Assembly (NCBI GenBank): GCA_963642885.1
Contig: CAVIJI010000005.1
Span: forward strand, 22,185-86,184
Reading direction: 5' to 3'
Length of the DNA: 64,000 nucleotides
Source of the DNA: a bacterium
GTDB taxonomy: Bacteria > Bacillota > Clostridia > Oscillospirales > CAG-272
This document shows, piece by piece, positions 1 through 7,754 of this stretch. How positions within the stretch are numbered: position 1 is the stretch's first letter; the number at the start of each line of letters is the position of its first letter. Made by a program: the position numbers and the translations under genes. Below the pieces are notes generated by a model that was not told where the DNA came from, ran no database searches, and saw only the letters and a list, made by a program, of their open reading frames with translations.

Positions 1-732
1 ATTGCTTATATCTATATTTTTCTCATCGACTCCCGCACTCACAAGCAGTTCGCGGTTCATCATTCCGAGATTTGCATGAGGCTTTTCATACGAGGAAAAG
101 TCTATATTTCTCATCACAAAGCCGTCGCCGCGCATAGCTCTTACCTTTTCGATAAAAGCGTCATCCACCTCATAGCAGCATACGCCGATATGTGCTCCGA
201 CAGCGGCGTGTATGCTGTCCGCGGCGGCACCGAGAGACAACATCTTTTCCACAGCCGTCACGACAATGCCCGCGACCGTTCCACGCCAGCCCGCGTGCAC
301 TGCCGAAACAACGGGCTCGTGATCTTTGTCGAGTCCGCAAAGCAAAACAGGCACGCAGTCCGCGGTTTTGATTATCGGAATCAAGGCGGCAGCTTTGGTG
401 GCGAAGCCGTCGCCGTCCTCTCCTCTTTCCTTTACGCATCCCTCTCCCGCGTTGGTACCGTCTATGATTCTGACGTTTGAAGAATGAATCTGCGAAAGCG
501 TAACGGCACGCTCCATGCCGTATTTACCGTCACTTACGGCACGCGAAAGAATCTCGAGATTGTGCCTTACCGTGTCATCGGAATCACCGAGATTGTACGA
601 TATATTCAGTGATTCGGTATGTTCAAGCGTGCTGACACCGCCCTCACGGCAGGCAAAGCCGTGACGTACTCCGTATGGGCGAAATTCATCGAGCAATGTT
701 GAACGATACAGTATTCCTTCTTTATAGAACAT
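1..732 (-). CDS. pgeF: PgeF/YfiH-family (DUF152, laccase-domain) purine nucleoside phosphorylase-like protein; the C-terminal end runs off the window
   Basis: Absent from the ORF track because the frame stays open to position 1. Manual minus-strand translation from the ATG at 732 gives MFYKEGILYRSTLLDEFRPYGVRHGFACREGGVS...TADCVPVLLCG...AVHAGWRGTVAGIV...GAHIGVCCYEVD. HAGWRG and CCYEV are family hallmarks. The plus-strand ORF 76..480 is its shadow. Confidence 0.8.
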   Translation of the reverse strand, partial: MFYKEGILYRSTLLDEFRPYGVRHGFACREGGVSTLEHTESLNISYNLGDSDDTVRHNLEILSRAVSDGKYGMERAVTLSQIHSSNVRIIDGTNAGEGCVKERGEDGDGFATKAAALIPIIKTADCVPVLLCGLDKDHEPVVSAVHAGWRGTVAGIVVTAVEKMLSLGAAADSIHAAVGAHIGVCCYEVDDAFIEKVRAMRGDGFVMRNIDFSSYEKPHANLGMMNRELLVSAGVDEKNIDISN

Positions 733-740
733 AACAGAAT

Positions 741-771
741 AAAGGGAAACCGTAATTTCAGGTTTCCCTTT
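741..771 (-). terminator. Hairpin between the repeat block and the pgeF start; a weak candidate terminator for gpmI
   Basis: Arms aaagggaaacc / ggtttcccttt with a 9-nt loop. On the minus strand it is followed by attctgtt, a poor U-tract. Confidence 0.3.
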
Positions 772-805
772 GTCCTTTCATAATTTTGTGAGGCCTTGTT
801 AACTT

Positions 806-911
806 GAGGCGGCGGTTGACTTAAGTGTTAAGCCAAAGTATATCCGCCCGCATCTCTGATTTAACATCGAGGCGGCGGTTGACTTAAGTGCTAAGCTAAA
901 GTATATCCGCC
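806..911 (-). repeat. Two copies (806-848, 869-911; 63-bp period) of hairpin repeat module A. Read on the minus strand: tgtcGGCGGatatacttt...agtcaaCCGCCgcc
   Basis: The two 43-bp copies differ at 3 positions. On the minus strand the 5' end matches 27284-27295 (tgtcggcggata). The arms GGCGG/CCGCC are complementary. Confidence 0.85.
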
Positions 912-915
912 GACA

Positions 916-2562
916 TTATTTCCGTTCGATCATGCTTTCGTCCCACATTTCGGGAGCTTCGTAGCCGAGAAGATTTACTACTGTTGCGGCTATATTGGAC
1001 AGGCCGAACTTGCCGTCCTTCTTTACTGTGTAGGTATCGGCGAATTTGTTGTCGTATATAATGCACGGTACGGGATTCAGTGTATGGCTTGTCTTCGCCT
1101 TAAGCGAACCGTCGGGATTGTGCTTTACGGCGTGAGTCTTCTTGTCGAATTCCGCCATTTCATCCGCGTTGCCGTGGTCGGCTGTGATTATCGCAACACC
1201 GCCCACCTTGTCTACTACGGGAAGGATTCTGCCGAGCTGAAGGTCAAGCGCTTCCATAGAGCAGATAGTAGCCTCAAGGCTTCCCGTGTGGCCTACCATG
1301 TCTCCGTTCGGGAAGTTTACTCTGATGTAGTCGTACTTTCCGCTTTCGAGCGCTTCGATAAGCTTATCCGTTATTTCTGCACACTTCATCCACGGGCGCT
1401 GCTCGAACGGTACGATATCGGAAGGAACCTCGACATAAGTCTCGTATTCCTCGGAGAATTTACCGCTGCGGTTTCCGTTCCAGAAATATGTAACATGTCC
1501 GTACTTCTGTGTTTCGGAAATCGCATACTGGGAAATCTTCATGTCCGCGAGGTACTCACCCATTGTGTTTGTGATTTCGGGCGGGGAAACAAGATAGCGT
1601 GACGGAATATGAAGGTCTCCGTCATATTCGAGCATACCGGAGTAAATTACCTTCGGTGCTCTGACTCTGTCGAACTTATCGAAGTCCGCGCCGCCCTCGA
1701 ATGCCTTCGAGATTTCAATCGCACGGTCGCCTCTGAAATTGTAGAACACTACCGAGTCGCCGTCGTTAATCGTTCCGACGGGCTTTCCGTCCTCTGCGAT
1801 AACGAACGGAGGAAGATCCTGGTCGATGGCGTGTGTTTCGGCTCTGTAGGTTTCGACAGCTTCATGTGCGGATGCGAAGTATCTGCCCTCACCGAGAACG
1901 TGAGTTTTCCAACCGCGTTCAACCATAGACCAGTTTGCTTCGTAACGGTCCATTGTTATAGCCATTCTTCCGCCGCCGGATGCGATCTTGATGTCGCAGC
2001 CGTCTGTCGAAAGCTCTGCGATAAACTTTTCGAAGGGATCGATATAATCAAGTGCCGTTGTCTCGCCTACGTCACGGCCGTCAAGGAGGATGTGTACTCT
2101 GATTGTTTTAACGCCCGCTTTCTTTGCTTCGACGAGCATTGCCTTGAGGTGGTCTATATGAGAGTGAACGTTTCCGTCGGAGAAAAGACCTATGAAGTGC
2201 AGAACGGAACCGTTATTCTTTACGTTTTCGGTTAAAAGTTTCCATGTATCGGATGTAAACATCTTGCCTGATTCGATGGAGTTGGAAACGAGCTTGGCTC
2301 CCTGAGCGAATACCTGACCGCTTCCCAATGCGTTATGTCCGACCTCCGAGTTTCCCATATCGTCGTCCGACGGAAGACCTACGGCTGTACCGTGAGCCTT
2401 GAGAGTGAGCATGGGATATTTAGCCATGAGCATGTCGAGTGTCTGGGTTTTTGCGAGTTTTACGGCGTTTGCTTCGGATTCGGGTGCAAGTCCCACGCCG
2501 TCCATTACGATTGTAAGAACGGGTCTGATGGGTGCGCTTTCGATTTTTTTCAGTGTTTTCAT
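916..2562 (-). CDS. gpmI: 2,3-bisphosphoglycerate-independent phosphoglycerate mutase
   Basis: 548 aa. Motifs include VMDGVGL, DDMGNSEVGHNALGSG, HFIGLFSDGNVHSH, NFPNGDMVGHTG and ITADHGNADEM, typical of cofactor-independent PGAM. Confidence 0.93.
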   Translation of the reverse strand: MKTLKKIESAPIRPVLTIVMDGVGLAPESEANAVKLAKTQTLDMLMAKYPMLTLKAHGTAVGLPSDDDMGNSEVGHNALGSGQVFAQGAKLVSNSIESGKMFTSDTWKLLTENVKNNGSVLHFIGLFSDGNVHSHIDHLKAMLVEAKKAGVKTIRVHILLDGRDVGETTALDYIDPFEKFIAELSTDGCDIKIASGGGRMAITMDRYEANWSMVERGWKTHVLGEGRYFASAHEAVETYRAETHAIDQDLPPFVIAEDGKPVGTINDGDSVVFYNFRGDRAIEISKAFEGGADFDKFDRVRAPKVIYSGMLEYDGDLHIPSRYLVSPPEITNTMGEYLADMKISQYAISETQKYGHVTYFWNGNRSGKFSEEYETYVEVPSDIVPFEQRPWMKCAEITDKLIEALESGKYDYIRVNFPNGDMVGHTGSLEATICSMEALDLQLGRILPVVDKVGGVAIITADHGNADEMAEFDKKTHAVKHNPDGSLKAKTSHTLNPVPCIIYDNKFADTYTVKKDGKFGLSNIAATVVNLLGYEAPEMWDESMIERK

Positions 2563-2610
2563 TCTTATATCCTTCTATATTTTAATTGAAATCAGGGTAA
2601 ACATCTTTAT

Positions 2611-2843
2611 ACTTCAGTGTACAGCGGATTATAGGTATACCGCTTCTGTACTTCAGTGTACAGCGGATTATATGTATACTGCTTCTGCACTTCGGTGCAC
2701 AGCGGACTATAGGTATACCGCTTCTGCACTTCAGTGACAGCGGACTATAGGTATACCGCTTCTGCACTTCGGTGCACAGCGGATTATAGGCATACCGCTT
2801 CTGTACTTCAGTGACAGCGGATTATAGGCATACTGCCGTCTGC
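2611..2843. repeat. Tandem array of six 38-39 bp units with no spacers
   Basis: Units start at 2611, 2650, 2689, 2728, 2766 and 2805. Consensus is acttcRgtg(y)acagcggaYtataggYataccgcttctgY. Each unit holds an imperfect hairpin, gcacagcgg-N12-ccgcttctgc. Confidence 0.9.
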
Positions 2844-2845
2844 GG

Positions 2846-3391
2846 CTACAGTGCCTCTCCGCGCAATGCGGAATGAAGATTCAGTACGTCGATACCCGCT
2901 CGGCAAGCCATACGGTATGTCTGACCGGAGCCGCTCGCGTACGCTCCGTTATAATACGCGACACAGAACGACGAAATATCAACCATATATTGATTTCTGT
3001 TCTTCATACAGTCATCGGTATGTACATCCGAGAGATACTCAATGGCGGCGGCATACCCCTTTATGCGTCTGTATTCACGTATGAGCTCGAGGTTTTTCCA
3101 CTTGCCTGTCTGGTCGGGGCATGGGAGGGCAAGCACGAGGCTTATATTCTCCGCACGTGACATCGAACGTATGACGGCGTTTTCCGCCATCATATCGAAT
3201 CCTATCGCACCTCCGCAGACAAAATATCTGTAGCCCAAATCAATCAGATACGACAATGTTGTATCAAGCAGGTCGGGCAGCCTGTCCGCGTCCGCGGATG
3301 AAATAATCCTGTGTCCCGTAAAACAGCAGGTATTCTCCCGTGTCATAAATTCAGGCAGAGGAGTCGATATATCACTTACAACATTTATCAT
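2846..3391 (-). CDS. SLOG-superfamily / DUF1273-like protein
   Basis: 181 aa. The N-terminal CCFTGHR motif followed by YFVCGGAIGFD matches my memory of DUF1273/SLOG proteins. Function is unknown. Confidence 0.55.
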   Translation of the reverse strand: MINVVSDISTPLPEFMTRENTCCFTGHRIISSADADRLPDLLDTTLSYLIDLGYRYFVCGGAIGFDMMAENAVIRSMSRAENISLVLALPCPDQTGKWKNLELIREYRRIKGYAAAIEYLSDVHTDDCMKNRNQYMVDISSFCVAYYNGAYASGSGQTYRMACRAGIDVLNLHSALRGEAL

Positions 3392-3504
3392 AGCCTTACC
3401 TGTTGTTCTGCGGCGCTGTCGCGGTTGACAACAGTACGCCGGTATGTTAAAATTACTCTACCGATCATCGGCTATTATTATATCACATCACGGTAGGCTT
3501 TTGT

Positions 3505-4086
3505 ATGGTAAGCTTGATTTTTGTGGATAAACAAATTGAAAATTTTTTGTTATCTTCGCTGGAACTGCTGTGTATCGACTGCACAGTCGGCGTAAGAAGC
3601 ACCGCGGACACGGTATTCTGTGATATGCCGAGCCTTGACGCACTTGATGCTTCGGTCGATGACGGGAAACGCATCTTCGCAGTGTCGCGCGATAAGTCGG
3701 ACAGAAAAAATTGTCCGCAGAATGTCGTATTCCTCCTTTATCCCATGAAAATCTCTTTTCTTTCTTCGGTTTTGGCGGAGGGCGGAGAAGCTCTCGGAGG
3801 CAACACGGTTTATCCCGAATATGACAGCGAAAGTCTCACGGTAACTTTCGGCTCTCTTTCCGTCTGCTTAACGGAAAGGGAAGGGAAGCTGTTCGAGTTT
3901 TTGTGGAATCGAAGGGGCGAATGCGTAAGCCGTGCCGATATACGCAAAGGTGTATGGGGCAGTGAAGGCGACACAAATGTAACGGATGTATATGTAACTT
4001 ATCTGAGACGCAAGCTCGCACCGCTTTTCGGAGACGGTGCAATACGCTCCGTCCGCGGACGCGGCTACATACTCGACATCCGCTGA
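3505..4086 (+). CDS. OmpR/PhoB-type winged-helix transcriptional regulator with a degenerate N-terminal domain
   Basis: The C-terminal LTEREGKLFEFLWNRRGECVSRADIRKGVWG...VTDVYVTYLRRKL...IRSVRGRGYIL is a clear Trans_reg_C domain. I cannot find the canonical DD...D...T...K receiver pattern in the N-terminal 95 aa. Confidence 0.7.
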   Translation: MVSLIFVDKQIENFLLSSLELLCIDCTVGVRSTADTVFCDMPSLDALDASVDDGKRIFAVSRDKSDRKNCPQNVVFLLYPMKISFLSSVLAEGGEALGGNTVYPEYDSESLTVTFGSLSVCLTEREGKLFEFLWNRRGECVSRADIRKGVWGSEGDTNVTDVYVTYLRRKLAPLFGDGAIRSVRGRGYILDIR

Positions 4087-4130
4087 AAGGCAAATTAAGG
4101 CAAATTCGGATATTTTTATCGAAAATAATG

Positions 4131-4159
4131 TTTACTTTTTCGCCATGCGGTTATATAAT
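4131..4159 (+). promoter_or_regulatory. Sigma-70-like promoter for the cysE operon
   Basis: TTTACT (4131-4136), 17-nt spacer, TATAAT (4154-4159). It lies about 70 nt upstream of the cysE ATG. Confidence 0.5.
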
Positions 4160-4228
4160 GTAATATGTATCGGTATACCATCCGCCGCGTGAGAAAACGA
4201 ATCGTTGCGGCAGATATAAAATAAGGAA

Positions 4229-4993
4229 ATGATTATGTCAAAAAAAGTGAAATATATAACGATTAAAGCAGGTAAGCTTCTTCGCACGGCATCGGATATC
4301 GCGGAAGACGTCGACTCCATTATGTCACGCGACCCTGCCGCGAAAAATCGTGCGGAGGTTGTGCTTCTGTATTCCGGCTTTCATGCTCTTCTGATGTACC
4401 GTCTCGCACACTCGATGAGTAAAAAGGGAATGGTGCTTCCCGCGCGAGCCGTTTCGCAGTTCGCGAAATTTCTGACAGGCATCGAAATACACCCCGGAGC
4501 AGAGATAGGCAAAGGATTGTTTATCGACCACGGTTCGGGTGTTGTAATCGGTGAAACCGCGATAATCGGAGACAACTGCACTATCTATCAGGGAGTGACA
4601 CTCGGCGGTACGGGCAAGGAAACGGGAAAACGCCACCCCACTCTCGGAAACAACGTAATGATAGGCGCGGGCGCGAAGCTGCTCGGAAACTTTACCGTCG
4701 GTGACAACTCCAAAATCGCCGCAGGCGCGGTGGTTCTCCACAATGTGCCCGCAAACTCAACCGCAGTCGGTATTCCCGCCCATGTTGTAAAGAAGAACGG
4801 AGAAAAGGTTGCAAAGCCGGAAAGCAAAGAAGAGGTGTGCTGCGACCTCGACCAGGTAAACATCCCCGACCCCGTTGAAATAGAATTCGAAGGTCTCGAG
4901 AAGAGAGTGGCGAATCTCGAAGAGCTGCTTGCGCGTTTTTCCGACGTAAGCGAAACAGATAATGACGAAAATCGGAAGGAGAACGACAATTGA
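4229..4993 (+). CDS. cysE: Serine O-acetyltransferase
   Basis: DPAAKN...LLYSGFHALLMYRLAH...IEIHPGAEIGKGLFIDHGSGVVIGETAIIGDNCTIYQGVTLGG...KRHPTLGNNVMIGAGAKLLG is a left-handed beta-helix hexapeptide SAT signature. There is an acidic C-terminal tail of about 60 aa. Confidence 0.92.
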   Translation: MIMSKKVKYITIKAGKLLRTASDIAEDVDSIMSRDPAAKNRAEVVLLYSGFHALLMYRLAHSMSKKGMVLPARAVSQFAKFLTGIEIHPGAEIGKGLFIDHGSGVVIGETAIIGDNCTIYQGVTLGGTGKETGKRHPTLGNNVMIGAGAKLLGNFTVGDNSKIAAGAVVLHNVPANSTAVGIPAHVVKKNGEKVAKPESKEEVCCDLDQVNIPDPVEIEFEGLEKRVANLEELLARFSDVSETDNDENRKENDN

Positions 4994-6180
4994 AATGCCC
5001 GAATTGCGGCAGAGACAATGACGACGGAGCGAAATTCTGTAAATTTTGCGGATGCACTCTGAACGTTTCGGACTCTCCCCCGTATTACAACATAGACATG
5101 AATCCGCCCGAGAAGCCTAAAAAAAGCAGATTTGCCGTCGGTCTTCGTGCGGTGCTTATATCGCTTGTTTTTGTTTTTCTTCTTTTCGGCTGTCAGTCAT
5201 GCGTTACAACGGGATACGCATTCTCTCTGACAAGCTCGATTACGTATCAGGATATTTCCTCCGAGGAAGCGCTGACCGCGTTTTACAATGAGCTGTATGC
5301 CATGGTCGCCGATAAAACCGAATTGATACTTTTTATCTCGAATCTGCTGACCGTGCTTATTACCTGCCTGTTCTTCCGTTTACGCGGCAAAAATCCTCGT
5401 ACCGAGGTTTCCTGCTACAAGGTAAACGTTCTCCGTACACCCTCGTTTGTGCTGTTCGGGTGCGCGCTGAATTTCTTTGTTTCCCTTACGATATCGATAG
5501 TTCCGTTTCCCGATACATGGATCGAGAATTTCAACAGCGCCTATGCCGAAATAAGTGTTTTTTCAGACCCGCTTGACCTCATTTTCACGCTGCTCAGCGT
5601 AGGTCTTGTCACGGGAATCACCGAGGAAATCGTTTTCCGCGGCGTTTCGCTGAAGCTGCTTGTTCCGGCCCTCGGTAAAATTCCGTCCGTTATCATTACC
5701 GCTCTGATATTCGGTCTCGCTCACGGTACGCCGATTGCGATGTGCTACTCTTTCGTTATCGGACTGATTTTCGGCGCACTTGACATAGCGTACGGTTCCG
5801 TGATTCCGAGTATAATCTGTCATGTTTTCTTTAATCTCTCATCGTATATACTGTCGTCCGTTCCGGAATCCTCCGGTATGTTCGGCGCGCTTTACGTAAT
5901 ATCCGCCGCACTGCTGATTCTTCTGACCTACCGCATTTTCATACGTCATCCCGTCTTTTCCGATGTTGTCGCCGACTCCGACAACAGGATAGAGCCGATA
6001 AACGAACGCGAAAAGGAAATCGTGGCATCGCTTAAGGAGCTGCAGAACAGACTTGACAGCGATGATGTCGAGAATATAGTCGATGACTGGGAAGAGCTGA
6101 AGCAAAAAAAGATAGATTTGGCCGAGGAATGGACGAAAAACCGCATCGATGCCAAACAAAACAAACATAATAAGAAATAA
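4990..6180 (+). CDS. Zinc-ribbon plus CPBP-family (CAAX/Abi) intramembrane glutamic endopeptidase
   Basis: N-terminal CPNCG-X11-CKFCG zinc ribbon. CPBP motifs are TGITEEIVFRG, FGLAHG and CHVFFN. The TTG start at 4990 overlaps the cysE TGA (4991-4993). Confidence 0.8.
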   Translation: MKCPNCGRDNDDGAKFCKFCGCTLNVSDSPPYYNIDMNPPEKPKKSRFAVGLRAVLISLVFVFLLFGCQSCVTTGYAFSLTSSITYQDISSEEALTAFYNELYAMVADKTELILFISNLLTVLITCLFFRLRGKNPRTEVSCYKVNVLRTPSFVLFGCALNFFVSLTISIVPFPDTWIENFNSAYAEISVFSDPLDLIFTLLSVGLVTGITEEIVFRGVSLKLLVPALGKIPSVIITALIFGLAHGTPIAMCYSFVIGLIFGALDIAYGSVIPSIICHVFFNLSSYILSSVPESSGMFGALYVISAALLILLTYRIFIRHPVFSDVVADSDNRIEPINEREKEIVASLKELQNRLDSDDVENIVDDWEELKQKKIDLAEEWTKNRIDAKQNKHNKK

Positions 6181-6197
6181 AAAAGGATATATACCAT

Positions 6198-7676
6198 ATG
6201 AAGCTTTACAATTCACTGACACACACCAGAGATGAATTCACAACGCATGAGAGCGGGAAATGCACCATGTACACCTGCGGTCCCACGGTGTATCATTTCG
6301 CTCATATCGGAAACCTTCGCTCCTACATAATGGAGGATGTACTCGAAAAATATCTGCGCCATACGGGACTCGACGTAAAACGCTGCATGAACATTACCGA
6401 TGTGGGACACCTTACAAGCGATGCCGACACGGGTGAGGATAAAATGCTCAAGGGCGCTAAGCGTGAGCACAAAACCGTTATGGAAATAGCGAAGTTCTAC
6501 ACCGATGCTTTCTTCTCCGATTGTGAAAAGCTCAACATCAAACGTCCCGATATAGTGGTTCCCGCTACGACATATATCCCGCAGTTCATAGAAATGATAC
6601 AGCGCCTTCTCGATAAGGGTTACGCGTATCTTTCCGAGGGCAATGTTTATTTCGATACGTCGAAGCTCGACGAATACTATGTATTCAACAAGCATGACGC
6701 GGAAGACCTCGAGGTAGGTGTCCGCGAAGGCGTAGAGGAGGATAAAGCAAAGCACAGCAAAACCGACTTTGTTCTCTGGTTCACAAAATCGAAATTCGAG
6801 GATCAGGAGCTCAAGTGGGACAGTCCGTGGGGTGTCGGTTATCCCGGATGGCATATAGAATGCTCCGCGATTTCCGTCAATAATCTCGGTGAGTACCTTG
6901 ATTTGCACTGCGGCGGTATCGACAACGCATTCCCGCACCATACAAACGAAATCGCGCAAAGCGAGGCTTATCTCGGTCACAAATGGTGCTCTCACTGGTT
7001 CCATGTACTTCATCTCAACACATCATCGGGAAAAATGTCAAAGTCGACGGGAGAATTTCTTACGCTTTCTCTGCTTGACGAAAAGGGCTATTCTCCGATG
7101 GTATACCGTTTCTTCTGCCTCCAGTCACATTACAGAAAAAATCTCGTTTTCTCATACGAGGCAATGGATTCAGCCAAGACCGCATACAATAAGCTGATAA
7201 CAAAAATCAGCGGACTTAATTTCGCCGACACAACTCCCGTTGACGCCGATAAATACGCGAAGCTCGAGAAAGATTTCACGGACGCAATGGACAACGATTT
7301 GAATACGGCACTTGCGGTTACCGCTATATATAATGTTTTGAAATCCGATATAAGCGATGCGGGCAAAATAAAGCTCATCGAGGATTTCGACTCCGTTCTT
7401 TCGCTCTCGCTCATAAAGGAAGCGAAAACACTTGCCGCGCACCTCGCCGAGGAGAAAAAAGCCGCATCGTCCGCTCCCGCCGCACTTACCGTTACGTGCC
7501 TGACTCCGGGAATCGAGCCCGAAAAACGTGCGGAAATCGAAAAGCTTATAAACGACCGTGCAGACGCGAAAAAGGCGAAGGACTTTGCCGCCGCGGATGC
7601 TATCCGCGATAAGCTCACTGAAATGGGAGTTACACTCAAGGACGGCAAAAACGAAGTAAAGTGGGAGCTTGCCTGA
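6198..7676 (+). CDS. cysS: Cysteine--tRNA ligase
   Basis: Class I signatures are CGPTVYHFAHIGN (HIGH) and KMSKS, plus GWHIECS zinc-binding. The protein is 492 aa. Confidence 0.95.
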   Translation: MKLYNSLTHTRDEFTTHESGKCTMYTCGPTVYHFAHIGNLRSYIMEDVLEKYLRHTGLDVKRCMNITDVGHLTSDADTGEDKMLKGAKREHKTVMEIAKFYTDAFFSDCEKLNIKRPDIVVPATTYIPQFIEMIQRLLDKGYAYLSEGNVYFDTSKLDEYYVFNKHDAEDLEVGVREGVEEDKAKHSKTDFVLWFTKSKFEDQELKWDSPWGVGYPGWHIECSAISVNNLGEYLDLHCGGIDNAFPHHTNEIAQSEAYLGHKWCSHWFHVLHLNTSSGKMSKSTGEFLTLSLLDEKGYSPMVYRFFCLQSHYRKNLVFSYEAMDSAKTAYNKLITKISGLNFADTTPVDADKYAKLEKDFTDAMDNDLNTALAVTAIYNVLKSDISDAGKIKLIEDFDSVLSLSLIKEAKTLAAHLAEEKKAASSAPAALTVTCLTPGIEPEKRAEIEKLINDRADAKKAKDFAAADAIRDKLTEMGVTLKDGKNEVKWELA

Positions 7677-7715
7677 GCTGACCGTTTATAAAAAATAAAG
7701 AAAAATAAAATCAAA

Positions 7716-7747
7716 GGCGTCTGACACACCGAAGTGCGTCAGACGCC
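7716..7747. terminator. Bidirectional rho-independent terminator (cysS / GH2 convergent)
   Basis: ggcgtctgac-N12-gtcagacgcc. It is A-rich on the left, giving a U-tract for the minus-strand GH2 gene. Confidence 0.65.
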
Positions 7748-7754
7748 TGTTCTA

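Noticed and set aside
76-480. 134-aa plus-strand ORF at the window start
   Set aside because: It is the antisense shadow of the pgeF-like gene, whose minus-strand translation carries HAGWRG and other family motifs. The plus-strand product has no recognisable features.
2611-2843. Possible CRISPR array, given regularly spaced ~39-bp repeats
   Set aside because: The units abut each other with no unique spacers, and no cas genes or leader are nearby. It is a plain tandem repeat.
4087-4228. T-box leader upstream of cysE, as in the Bacillus cysES operon
   Set aside because: The leader from the predicted -10 box to the ATG is only about 70 nt. It has no specifier-loop architecture, T-box sequence or terminator.
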